64,000 nucleotides of DNA, from NCBI GenBank assembly GCA_963422735.1, contig OY730476.1:2784001-2848000 (forward strand), written 5' to 3'. This stretch comes from Candidatus Latescibacterota bacterium (lineage in GTDB: Bacteria > Latescibacterota > UBA2968 > UBA8231). The notes under the pieces were generated by a model. It worked only from the letters and a program-made list of their open reading frames with translations, had not been told where the DNA came from and ran no database searches. Below, piece after piece: positions 1 to 8,455 of the stretch (the stretch's first letter is position 1; every line of letters begins with the position of its first letter). The position numbers and the translations under genes were made by a program.

Positions 1-30
1 AATAATCGCAACTACGAACGTATCCGCTCC

Positions 31-276
31 TTGCCGCGGTACAAGCCCTGTCTGTGGTGCAACGACCCGATGTATTTGCACCGGGGTCATTCCCTGTGCC
101 GGGATAGCATGGGTTGCGCCTACGTCGAGGCCGCGCCGGCCTACGCCTCAGCCTTGACGCTGCGGTGGGACGTCGCCTCGCGCACCGCGAGCGGGGTCTG
201 CTACCGCGTCGAGGCGCACGAGCACCACCGACTGCGCAAATGGTACGATCAACAGCGGCTGCGAAGCAACGCATGA
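31..276 (+). CDS. Small hypothetical phage protein
   Basis: ORF ends in an ATGA overlap with the next gene; CxxC near the N-terminus. Confidence 0.4.
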   Translation: MPRYKPCLWCNDPMYLHRGHSLCRDSMGCAYVEAAPAYASALTLRWDVASRTASGVCYRVEAHEHHRLRKWYDQQRLRSNA

Positions 277-914
277 GGATTCTGTGCAATGGGGCGTATG
301 CCCCCATCATGGCGTTGGCTCGCCATTCCGACTATGCGTCTCGACTGGGATGGCTGAACACGCCGCGCACAAAACTTTGTTGGAGCCGGTTGTTGGCTTC
401 GTCTTTGCCCATCGCCGCCGATAACTCGGCCTATTCGGCATGGTGTCCGCGGCGGTTTAGGCATTTTGTCCGGTCGATTCCCGAAGGCCGGCTTTTGTGG
501 TTGGCCGTGCCCGATGTGGTCGGCTCATCTGCCGGCACACAGGCGCGGTTCGACTACTGGTATCCTCAACTGAGTCAGCACCCACTGGCCTACGTAGCAC
601 AAGACCACAGCGAAAGCGATGCCACCATCCCCTGGAATTTAATCGTCGCCCTCTTTATTGGGGGGAGTACGCAATGGAAGTGATCCCAAGCGGTGTACGA
701 TCTCATCCAAGAAGCCAAAAGGCGCGACAAGATCGTACACATGGGACGCGTTAACAGCCATCGGCGACTGACATGGGCTTATCGCTGTGGATGTGATTCC
801 GTCGATGGGACCGGGTTCTCTCAATTTTCTCGCAACCATCTCAAGGCCGGGGTCGAGCATCTACTCTCCTTAGAAAGGCAACAGTCCCTGTTCCCCCCTA
901 GGAGGAGAGCATGA
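273..914 (+). pseudogene. TGT/DpdA-like (base-exchange TIM-barrel) phage protein interrupted by in-frame TGA at 681-683
   Basis: Motifs ADNSAY, VPDVVG, FIGGSTQWK*SQ, VHMGRVN, DSVDGT. ORFs 273-683 and 693-914 are in the same frame, separated only by TGA plus 3 codons. Confidence 0.65.
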
Positions 915-1003
915 AGAAATTCAAAGAGGTGTTGTCGATTCTCTTTCTGCTGTACAGCCTAGTCGTCATCGCCCATCATCTGGCGCGTTTCCTGTCCCCG
1001 TGA
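911..1003 (+). CDS. 30-aa single-TM peptide (MKKFKEVLSILFLLYSLVVIAHHLARFLSP); copy at 29740-29832
   Basis: GGAGGAG RBS, ATGA overlap, hydrophobic stretch. Confidence 0.4.
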   Translation: MKKFKEVLSILFLLYSLVVIAHHLARFLSP

Positions 1004-1048
1004 GACGCTGCTAGATGATGGACAGGATGACTGTCTCCACTGGGGCTG

Positions 1049-2023
1049 CTACGCGCTCCGCAGGATGAGCCGCTTGGCGAAGCGGACGGTCTCGGCGATC
1101 CCTCCCTCTAGCGACACCTTGGGCTCGTAGCCCAAGAGCGTCCGGGCACAGGTCAGGTCGGGGCAGCGTCGCTTGGGAGCATCCTCGTGTGGGTTAGGTT
1201 CATGTTCGATCCTGCTCTTGGACTGGGTGATACGTAGGACGGACTCGGCCACATCGAGGATCGTATGTTCTGCATCGTTGCCGATGTTGATGGGCTTTAC
1301 TATGGGCGAGCGCAGTAGGGCGAGTATACCGGCCACTATGTCGGATACATAGCACGGGCTGCGCGTCTGCCGACCGTCTCCCTGCACGGTCAGGGGCCAA
1401 CCGTGCAGGGCCTGCTCAACGAAGGTGGGCATCATGCGGCCGTCGTCCGACTTCATGCGAGGCCCGTAGGCGTTGAAGATGCGGACGATGCGGGTGTCCA
1501 GCCCATGCTTGCGATGGTAGGTCATCGTCAGTGCTTCGGCATATCGCTTGGCCTCGGCATAGACGCCCCGGACGCTGGTATGATCGATGTTGCCAGTGTA
1601 GGTCTCTGGCTGAGGATGAACCAGCGGGTCGCCGTACACCTCGCTGGTAGAGGCCATCAGGAAGGTAGCCCCCTCGTACCGGGCTAGTTCGAGGGCCGCT
1701 TTGGTACCTTGGGCTCCAGCTTCCAGTATCTCCATCGCCATCGACTCTACGAGCGTCGGCGTGGAAGGGCTGGCCAGATGAAGCACATAGTCGATAGAGC
1801 CAGACCCAACCTCTTTCATTAGTCTCGCCAGCAGGTGTTCTCCCTTCGACACGTTGGTCTGCAAGAACCGGAACGACGGGTTGTCCCACAGCAAATGGGA
1901 CAGGTTGTCGCCAGTGGATGTCAGGAGGCTGTCGAGGGCTATCACCTCATGCCTCTCAGCTAAAAGGGCGTCGCATAGGTGCGACCCTAAGAACCCGGCA
2001 CCGCCGGTGATGATTGTCCTCAT
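1049..2023 (-). CDS. NAD-dependent epimerase/dehydratase, UDP-glucuronate decarboxylase (UXS)-like SDR
   Basis: TGGAGFLGSHL, HLASP, ASTSEVYGDP, YxxAKR, RIFNAYGPRM, QTRSxCYVSD. Confidence 0.9.
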   Translation of the reverse strand: MRTIITGGAGFLGSHLCDALLAERHEVIALDSLLTSTGDNLSHLLWDNPSFRFLQTNVSKGEHLLARLMKEVGSGSIDYVLHLASPSTPTLVESMAMEILEAGAQGTKAALELARYEGATFLMASTSEVYGDPLVHPQPETYTGNIDHTSVRGVYAEAKRYAEALTMTYHRKHGLDTRIVRIFNAYGPRMKSDDGRMMPTFVEQALHGWPLTVQGDGRQTRSPCYVSDIVAGILALLRSPIVKPINIGNDAEHTILDVAESVLRITQSKSRIEHEPNPHEDAPKRRCPDLTCARTLLGYEPKVSLEGGIAETVRFAKRLILRSA

Positions 2024-2033
2024 GTGTCCTGTG

Positions 2034-2372
2034 CTAGTATGTCCTCTTGTAATGGGCCAGCAGTCGCTCGCGCCGGGCCAGCAACTTCTCTAGGGCGTTC
2101 ACGGCCTCGATGTCGCCTTGGGCCACCTTGGGCTGTATACTAGTCAGGGCCTCGTTGATGCGGGCTAGGTCGATGGCCCGTTGCACTTTCTGTTCGTCGA
2201 ACCGCATACCTGCCTCGGCGATCAGTTCCTCGGCGACGACCTCGGCGTCGACTTTCAGCACCTTGACGGACGTGCGGATGCCCTGCCGCTTCATCGCCTC
2301 GGCGATCTGTCTCATGGAGTAGCCTCGTATGATACAATCCTTGACGTAGGCTTGTCGCTCCGCTGCTTTCAT
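2034..2372 (-). CDS. HTH protein, terminase-small-subunit-like
   Basis: GYSMRQIAEAM HTH; C-terminal GDIEAVNALEKLLARRERLL typical of TerS-like proteins; ATGA overlap with the upstream gene. Confidence 0.55.
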   Translation of the reverse strand: MKAAERQAYVKDCIIRGYSMRQIAEAMKRQGIRTSVKVLKVDAEVVAEELIAEAGMRFDEQKVQRAIDLARINEALTSIQPKVAQGDIEAVNALEKLLARRERLLAHYKRTY

Positions 2373-3163
2373 TGCAGTCGTGGGTTGATCCGGTTCACTG
2401 CTATGTTGCAGGAGCGACCCGTCAGTCCAATGGCATGAGCCGCAGCGGACCGCTTGAAGGACACGGCCCGGCCCCATTTGACCTTGAGCCGTTCTTCGCC
2501 CTGATGGTACTCGTCCCCCGACACCAGCCCGGTGTTGCCGCCCTTATTCCCTGAGTCCAATGCACACGTGAACAGGACGCGCTGGTCGTACAGCATAGCC
2601 CGATCCTCGCGCAGTATCTCCAAGAAATGATCTACGTCCTCGCGGCCTCCGTCCGGGTAGTGCTGTAAGACCTTGGCGTTGCCCCGTATTATTCGGAGCC
2701 CACCGCCCATGGTACCCACCGCCTTGAAGGGTTTTACGATATTGTCTGTCGAGCCGAAGATCCATGCGGTGGGCATGTCGCCGCAGCCCCCCCACGTCAG
2801 GTCGAGGTCTTGCAGGACCCGCACCATGTTCTCGATGTAGTTCAGGGTCTCTGTGGGGCTGGCACTCAGGCAATTGTTGCCGTCGGCCATGATCTCGACC
2901 CCCTGCAGGTCGTCATCGACAAAGGCCAGCGCGTCCTCGCTAAAATCCTCTTTCATCTTATTCATCACGCCGGCGTATCCATGGACGGGTACATGGGTGG
3001 CCAGTAGGTCGTCTGGCACCGCGGACGCATAGTCGTCGCGCTCGCGCTCATCCACATACCAAGTGGCCGTGGGCAGCAGCTCGCGTACGGATGGCACGTT
3101 CTCTGATCGCTTGCGCGACGGTATGATGAGGCGATAGTCCAGCGTCGGGTCCGGCGTCAGCAT
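2369..3163 (-). CDS. GT-A glycosyltransferase, GREB1-like / TET-associated (TAGT) family
   Basis: IIPSRKR, VDERERDDY, FVDDDL (DxD), REDVDHF, NKGGN, LKVKWG. Confidence 0.75.
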   Translation of the reverse strand: MLTPDPTLDYRLIIPSRKRSENVPSVRELLPTATWYVDERERDDYASAVPDDLLATHVPVHGYAGVMNKMKEDFSEDALAFVDDDLQGVEIMADGNNCLSASPTETLNYIENMVRVLQDLDLTWGGCGDMPTAWIFGSTDNIVKPFKAVGTMGGGLRIIRGNAKVLQHYPDGGREDVDHFLEILREDRAMLYDQRVLFTCALDSGNKGGNTGLVSGDEYHQGEERLKVKWGRAVSFKRSAAAHAIGLTGRSCNIAVNRINPRLQ

Positions 3164-3825
3164 AGCAGGTTCAGCAGCTCTTTTCCGTGGATCGCCCGCA
3201 TGACGGGCGTGTTGGGGCGATAGGTCGGTACACTCAGACCCACCGCCTCGCACAGGGCGCGGTACTCGCGCCGGTTGGCCGACTGAATGACCAGAAAGTC
3301 GTAGTGCTCCCCGGTCTTCAGCTCCAGATCTCTTTCTGCATCGGTCTTGCTGTGGAGTCCGCCATCCTCGCTCGCCGTTGGGGGTGCATGCTGCTTGATA
3401 TGCTCTTGGATATCTTCCAAGATCGGATTGCTTTGAATGCTTCGGCCAATGCGTTCAACTATGCGCTGAAGCTTGTCCTTGGAGAAGCGAGCTGTGTCAC
3501 GGGTAGCGTCCAGCGTGGCCAGCAGCAGGTCGGCCTCCGCCTCGTTCAGGTCGGTCGTCAGCACGGGCACGTCGGCCTCGGGGTCGAGGTTGGCCCGCAG
3601 GTGGCCGTCGAGGATGCGCCAGCCGTCGCCGTGCGGATAGACCAAGATCGCTTGGGCCCAGCCTATCTGCTCTATTAGTTGGCGCACCTGCTCGACCTGT
3701 CGGCCGGGATGGAGGCGTATGTTGTCCGGGTGGGGTGCCAAGCTCTTGGCCGGCACGGTCATCAGGCCCGTGATTCGATTGGGCCAATCTGCTGTAAAAT
3801 CGTCTGGGCTTCGATGAATCTCCAC
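3157..3825 (-). CDS. ParB/Srx N-terminal domain protein B
   Basis: LAPHPDNIRLH, ILDGHLR, EADLLLATLD. Confidence 0.8.
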   Translation of the reverse strand: MEIHRSPDDFTADWPNRITGLMTVPAKSLAPHPDNIRLHPGRQVEQVRQLIEQIGWAQAILVYPHGDGWRILDGHLRANLDPEADVPVLTTDLNEAEADLLLATLDATRDTARFSKDKLQRIVERIGRSIQSNPILEDIQEHIKQHAPPTASEDGGLHSKTDAERDLELKTGEHYDFLVIQSANRREYRALCEAVGLSVPTYRPNTPVMRAIHGKELLNLLC

Positions 3826-4403
3826 CTTTTATTTCCCTTTCGGTCGATGTTCAGTATCTCGGATAGCTTCGTCGTGGTGCTCACGTCGGAAACGAAGACG
3901 ATCACCACATCGTCGTAGATGCCCTCGTAGTCCGCAATGGTGTCGCGCTGGTTGCGTTCCTTGGCTGACTCTGAGATGGGCTTGGTTGGCACGGGCGGAG
4001 GCTCGGCCTTGCGTCCAATGTCTGCTATGAGCCGACGCAGGGAGGCGTTGGGTCCGTCCACCCTCGGCAACAGCCGCTGCCAGGCGTCCAAGTCGACGTC
4101 CACATGGAGGCCGCTGGCGTCCAGCGTGGCCAGCAGCAGGTCGGCCTCCGCCTCGTTCAGGTCGGTCGTCAGCACGGGCACGTCGGCCTCGGGGTCGAGG
4201 TTGGCCCGCAGGTGGCCGTCGAGGATGCGCCAGCCGTCGCCGTGCGGATAGACCAAGATCGGCTTGACCCAGCCCACCTCGTCCATCAGGCCGCGCACCT
4301 GCTCGACCTGATGGGGTGGATGGAGGCGTATGTTGTCCGGGTGGGGTGCCAAGCTCTTGGCCGGCACGGTCGTCAGGCCCGTGATTCGATTCTTGAGGTC
4401 CAC
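3762..4403 (-). CDS. ParB/Srx N-terminal domain protein A
   Basis: Same ParB domain; DNA 4117-4391 nearly identical to 3506-3780; different C-terminus. Confidence 0.8.
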   Translation of the reverse strand: MDLKNRITGLTTVPAKSLAPHPDNIRLHPPHQVEQVRGLMDEVGWVKPILVYPHGDGWRILDGHLRANLDPEADVPVLTTDLNEAEADLLLATLDASGLHVDVDLDAWQRLLPRVDGPNASLRRLIADIGRKAEPPPVPTKPISESAKERNQRDTIADYEGIYDDVVIVFVSDVSTTTKLSEILNIDRKGNKRWRFIEAQTILQQIGPIESRA

Positions 4404-5116
4404 TCTTGTCCCCAGGGCGTTGACGAGGAGGACAGCTTGAGCATCTGCACCGTGCTAGCCATCCCGATGTTGTATAGGGCGTCCAGTATGCCGAGTCCAG
4501 GGAGCCACTCCCACTGCTGCTGGTCGTAAGGCCATGAGGTGAACCGGGAGCACCTCAGGTCTAGGCCCGCTTGCTGAAACACGAATGGGTTGAGGTAGTC
4601 TTTGGCTCCCGACCCGCTCAGGTAGGTCGATCCGCCTACGGCTTGTACGGCATCCACCAGTCGCTCGTTGGGGCTGTCGCGGAGCGGTTCGCCTAAGTTC
4701 GAGGAACGCACGATCTCCAAGCTCAGGCCCATGCACTCAGCCATGTGGATAATCAGTCCCGTGTTCAGGTCGGCCAGCCGGGATCTCTTGAGGAGGCCGT
4801 AGGCCAACGGGCGGTAGAAGGGTGCTTTGCCATAGCAGGCTTGCAGGGTGCGCCGGTGCTTGTTGTCCCATCCATCCCGCACGATCTCCACATCGCGGAT
4901 CGCTTGGAGCCTGCGTCCGCGGGTGCGTACCGGCACGGTCAGCCATTGCGGTTCGCCATGCGTCCCCCGGATAAGTACGCGGTTGGTGTAGTTGTTCTTG
5001 CTGTACTGTATGTCGTCCAAAAGCACCAACACATCCGACTGAAAGACTTTTTGCCAGAAGCCGATCCACGGCAGGTACGTTGGCTCGTGACAGCAAACCA
5101 CTTTTTGCAGGCTCAT
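4373..5116 (-). CDS. WbqC-like family protein
   Basis: HEPTYLPWIGFWQK, DDIQY, NRxxI, WLTVPV, YGKAPF, YLSGSGAKDY, GILDALYN. Confidence 0.9.
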   Translation of the reverse strand: MSLQKVVCCHEPTYLPWIGFWQKVFQSDVLVLLDDIQYSKNNYTNRVLIRGTHGEPQWLTVPVRTRGRRLQAIRDVEIVRDGWDNKHRRTLQACYGKAPFYRPLAYGLLKRSRLADLNTGLIIHMAECMGLSLEIVRSSNLGEPLRDSPNERLVDAVQAVGGSTYLSGSGAKDYLNPFVFQQAGLDLRCSRFTSWPYDQQQWEWLPGLGILDALYNIGMASTVQMLKLSSSSTPWGQEWTSRIESRA

Positions 5117-5141
5117 GGGTACGAATTCGCCTAGTCTCTTA

Positions 5142-5169
5142 ACTCCCGATAATATCCCTTATAGGGAGT
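5142..5169. other. dif/Xer-like 11-6-11 inverted-repeat recombination site ACTCCCGATAA-TATCCC-TTATAGGGAGT
   Basis: 11-bp arms (1 mismatch) with ATAA/TTAT inner ends and a 6-bp spacer. A perfect arm ACTCCCTATAA at 33360-33370 marks the element/host junction. Confidence 0.6.
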
Positions 5170-5175
5170 GCCAGC

Positions 5176-6312
5176 TCATCGGTATAGTCCGGTGATGGCA
5201 TCCACCACGCGGGACACATCATCATCGCTCATACCCGGGTGAATGGGCAGGTTGACCAGCATGCGGTAGACTTTTCGTGCATTGTGAAAATCGAAGGCAG
5301 CAGGACCCAATAGGCGGCGGTAGTAGGGTTGCATGTTTAGCGGCTTCCACAAGACGCCAGCCCCGATATGAAGGGTTTTCAGTCTATTCAGCACATCAGC
5401 GCGGGTGACGTCCGAGCGAGGGTTGATCCTGAGCGGATAGAGATGCCACGCATGGCGTCTGTGGTCTACCATTTCCGGTATGTACAGGTCGTGGATGTCC
5501 CTGAACGCACTGTTGTAGCACTGGGCTATGTGCGTCCTGTGCTCGATGGAGGCGTCCAGCCGACGGAGTTGGTGAATACCCAGCGCGGCCTGCAGGTCTG
5601 TCATGTTGTACTTGTAGCCCAGTTCCTCCACGTCGTAATCCCAGTTATGCTCGCGGGACCATGTCCTGCCGTGCATAGACAGCCTGCGCACCCGATCAAT
5701 TTTCTCCTTGTCCCCTGATGCTATCATGCCGCCGTCCCCCGTCGTCATGGACTTGGTGGCATAGAAGCTGAAGCATGTGAAGTCGCTGCCTAGGCCTCCT
5801 ACCCTCCTCCCTTCATACTCGGCCCCGACCGCATGGGCGGCGTCCTCAATGACCGCTAGCTGGTGTTTGTCGGCCATCTTGAGGATGGCGTCCATGCTGC
5901 ACACTTGGCCCCCGTAATGCATGACGATGATCGCCTTGGTTCGGTAGCTGATCTGCTGCTCAATATGCCTTGCGCTGATGTTCAAGGTGTGGAAGTTGCA
6001 GTCGACGAAGACGGGCGTGGCTCCGACATAGCGCACGGCGTGAGCCGTGGCGGCAAAGGTCAGGACCGGCACGATCACCTCGTCGCCGGGGCCGACCCCC
6101 GAGGCCAGCAGGGACAGGTGCAGGGCGGCTGTCCCTGAGCTGACGCCGACGATGTAGTCGGCTTGACAGTAGGCTGCAAACGCCTGCTCGAACTGCTCCG
6201 TCTTCGGACCTCTGGTGATCCAGCCCGACTCCAGCACGTCGATCAACTCTTGCTTTTCCTCGGGGCCGAAGGATGGAGGGGCGAAAGGAATGGGTCGGGT
6301 GCTGTGCTGCAT
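5176..6312 (-). CDS. DegT/DnrJ/EryC1/StrS PLP aminotransferase
   Basis: SSGTAALHL, GPGDEVI, EDAAHA, FSFYATKSMTTGDGGM, GYKYNMTD. Confidence 0.95.
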   Translation of the reverse strand: MQHSTRPIPFAPPSFGPEEKQELIDVLESGWITRGPKTEQFEQAFAAYCQADYIVGVSSGTAALHLSLLASGVGPGDEVIVPVLTFAATAHAVRYVGATPVFVDCNFHTLNISARHIEQQISYRTKAIIVMHYGGQVCSMDAILKMADKHQLAVIEDAAHAVGAEYEGRRVGGLGSDFTCFSFYATKSMTTGDGGMIASGDKEKIDRVRRLSMHGRTWSREHNWDYDVEELGYKYNMTDLQAALGIHQLRRLDASIEHRTHIAQCYNSAFRDIHDLYIPEMVDHRRHAWHLYPLRINPRSDVTRADVLNRLKTLHIGAGVLWKPLNMQPYYRRLLGPAAFDFHNARKVYRMLVNLPIHPGMSDDDVSRVVDAITGLYR

Positions 6313-6348
6313 GGATGTAAGGTAGGCCGCTTCGCTTGTACCGTCAAT

Positions 6349-6588
6349 ATACACACACTAATGGGTGTTATTTTTAGTCGATTTAGTCGTCCTTCCTTTT
6401 CAGTTCAAAAAAGACCCAATCGTCGTAAGAGGCCGCAAACGGCCTTTTCTGGCTAGTTTAGTCCGATCTTATATCCATACATACCTAGTACTAAGGAAGA
6501 CGATTTCAATATCTAGGCCCGCTCTCGCCCTTTTCCACAGCCTCAGACGATTCCCCTTCCCCTACGCCTTTCGGGCACAGGCTGTCTC
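6349..6588. repeat. ~240-bp non-coding direct repeat, copy 1 (copy 2 at 11774-11998)
   Basis: Near-identical sequence with one 15-bp indel; AT-rich; contains hairpin aggccg-caaa-cggcct. Confidence 0.9.
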
Positions 6589-6695
6589 AGTGTCTCCCAG
6601 AGGCACACAAAGAAGCAGCCAAAAAGACCTACACAAAGAGGTGTAATTCTCCATTGGGAGAAGTAGGATATGCACTATAGGGTGTAGTTTATAAT

Positions 6696-6755
6696 GATAA
6701 AATTATATCATTTTACACTTGACCTTGTATTGGTATTTCGTACGTTGAGGGTATG
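6696..6755 (+). promoter_or_regulatory. Repeated sigma70-like phage promoter, copy 1
   Basis: TTGACC-N16-TACGTT-N6-ATG; related copies at 8179-8223 and 25430-25490. Confidence 0.55.
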
Positions 6756-6785
6756 ATAACCACCACCACAAGGAAGGACGAGAGC

Positions 6786-7430
6786 ATGAGCGGTATTACT
6801 TTTCACGGGGAGAAGCCGGATGATCGCCTGTATCGCCTCGGCCCCCAAGCCTTGCGCGACATCGAGATCTTGGCCATCTGCGTAAGGGATTCGAGCAAGG
6901 CCGAATACATTCTCGACAAGCACTCGAAAGAGTCGCTTGTCGACATGGACTTGAGTAAGATTATGAAGTTGGGCGTTCCCAAGTCCAAGGCCCAGGTGCT
7001 AGTGGCCGCGTTTGAGTTGGCGCGGCGCGGCCTGGGCAAGGGCTTGGGTATCAAGCCCGCCATCACTTCCCCTAGCGATGGGGTAGCGCAGCTTCAGGGC
7101 ATAGCGGACCATCAGCGCGAGCACTTCGTCTGCTTGTACCTGAATGCCCGCAACCAAGTCATTCACAAGGAGGTCGTCTCCATCGGCAGCCTGTCGGCGG
7201 CCATCGTCCACCCGCGGGAGGTCTTCCGCGAGGGCGTTGTTCGGAGCGCGGCTAGCGTGATCTTGGCACACAACCATCCGTCCGGCGACGTGTCGCCGAG
7301 TCAGGACGACATCAACCTGACGCGGCGCTTGGTGCAGGCCGGCGAAATCATGGGCATTGACGTGCTCGACCACCTCATCATTGGCAGCGACGACTTCCTC
7401 AGCATGAAAGAGAGAGGATTGATGTCATGA
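6786..7430 (+). CDS. radC: RadC (JAB/MPN domain) protein
   Basis: REHF, GSLSAAIVHPREVF, AHNHPSGDVSPSQDD, LDHLII. Confidence 0.92.
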   Translation: MSGITFHGEKPDDRLYRLGPQALRDIEILAICVRDSSKAEYILDKHSKESLVDMDLSKIMKLGVPKSKAQVLVAAFELARRGLGKGLGIKPAITSPSDGVAQLQGIADHQREHFVCLYLNARNQVIHKEVVSIGSLSAAIVHPREVFREGVVRSAASVILAHNHPSGDVSPSQDDINLTRRLVQAGEIMGIDVLDHLIIGSDDFLSMKERGLMS

Positions 7431-7467
7431 ATATCAATCACTCCAGACAATGAGGAGCGTCTGAGGC

Positions 7468-8169
7468 ATGGAGCAACTGACGCTGTTTGAGCGCGGTAGG
7501 CCCCACCCAGCCAAGTACTCGGCCGGTGTGATTGTCGATGCGTTTGCTCGCCTGATCCCGGCCCCTGCGCTGGTGCTAGACCCTTTTGGTGGCGTGGGCG
7601 GCATCCACCATCTACGCAAGCTCGGCGAGTACCGCACGGTAGCCGTCGAGATAGAGCGCGAATGGGCGATGGCCTCCCCCGGGCACACCGTGCAGGGTGA
7701 CTCCACCTGCCTGCCTTTTGCGGACGACACGTTTGACGCCGTGGCGACCAGCCCAGCCTACGGCAACCGTATGGCCGACTCCAATCCGCCGTCTCCCAAG
7801 AATGCCAATTTTGTTGCCCGAAAATATCAGTTCTTGCTGGGCCGCAAGATGCACCCTAACAATGGATCCTCTATGCACTTTGGAGTGCCCTACCGGAAAC
7901 TCCATACTGAGGTCTGGCGGGAGGTCCGGCGGGTACTGCGGCCCGGTGGTGTGCTGCTGTTGAACATGAAAGACCATATCCGTCGTGGAGTTCCGCAGCC
8001 AGTTGTCGCTTGGCACTGCACTACCCTGAGCGGCTTGGGGGGGTTCCACATGGACACGATCTGGGGACTCTCGACGCCAGGAATTCCGATTGATAAGTGG
8101 CAGCGCAACGCTAAGAAAGAGCGATGCGGTGACGGGGAATTGGTGGTGAGGTTCTTTCTTAACAAATAA
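7468..8169 (+). CDS. Orphan amino (N4-C/N6-A) DNA methyltransferase
   Basis: LDPFGGVG SAM-binding motif, TSPAY catalytic motif, RVLRPGG. Confidence 0.75.
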   Translation: MEQLTLFERGRPHPAKYSAGVIVDAFARLIPAPALVLDPFGGVGGIHHLRKLGEYRTVAVEIEREWAMASPGHTVQGDSTCLPFADDTFDAVATSPAYGNRMADSNPPSPKNANFVARKYQFLLGRKMHPNNGSSMHFGVPYRKLHTEVWREVRRVLRPGGVLLLNMKDHIRRGVPQPVVAWHCTTLSGLGGFHMDTIWGLSTPGIPIDKWQRNAKKERCGDGELVVRFFLNK

Positions 8170-8178
8170 TTTTACCAT

Positions 8179-8223
8179 TTTTACACTTGACATACGGATG
8201 ATGCTTCGTACGTTGCGGGTATG
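8179..8223 (+). promoter_or_regulatory. Repeated promoter, copy 2
   Basis: TTGACA-N16-TACGTT-N6-ATG. Confidence 0.55.
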
Positions 8224-8247
8224 TTAACCACCACAAGGGGGTAAAAG

Positions 8248-8454
8248 ATGAAAGATCGCACCCGAGACTTTTTGGTCGGCTACTTGCAGACGATGCCGGA
8301 CTGCGTGGCCAAGGCGGCCCTAGAGGACGCCTTGGCTATGGGTAGCATCTGCTACTTCGGCCACCTGATCGCCGACCTGATGGCCGGCGAGTACATCACG
8401 GTCCATCGGGCCAGCAGCCTGCTCGACCTGATCGCCACTGGGGAGGGCTATTAG
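8248..8454 (+). CDS. Hypothetical phage protein
   Basis: AAGGGGG RBS; start of a closely packed operon. Confidence 0.55.
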   Translation: MKDRTRDFLVGYLQTMPDCVAKAALEDALAMGSICYFGHLIADLMAGEYITVHRASSLLDLIATGEGY

Positions 8455-8455
8455 G

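Larger units (their letters stand above)
819..5152. repeat. Long direct repeat, copy 1 (matches 29648-33370)
   Basis: Near-identical sequence; offset 28829 left of the ParB deletion and 28218 right of it. Confidence 0.97.

Noticed and set aside
681-720. Selenocysteine at the in-frame TGAs
   Set aside because: The positions do not look like Cys sites, and I saw no convincing SECIS-like hairpin directly downstream.
6365-6646. Duplicated ORFs MLFLVDL... (also 11790-12038)
   Set aside because: No RBS; C-termini diverge where the DNA repeat ends; better explained as non-coding repeats.
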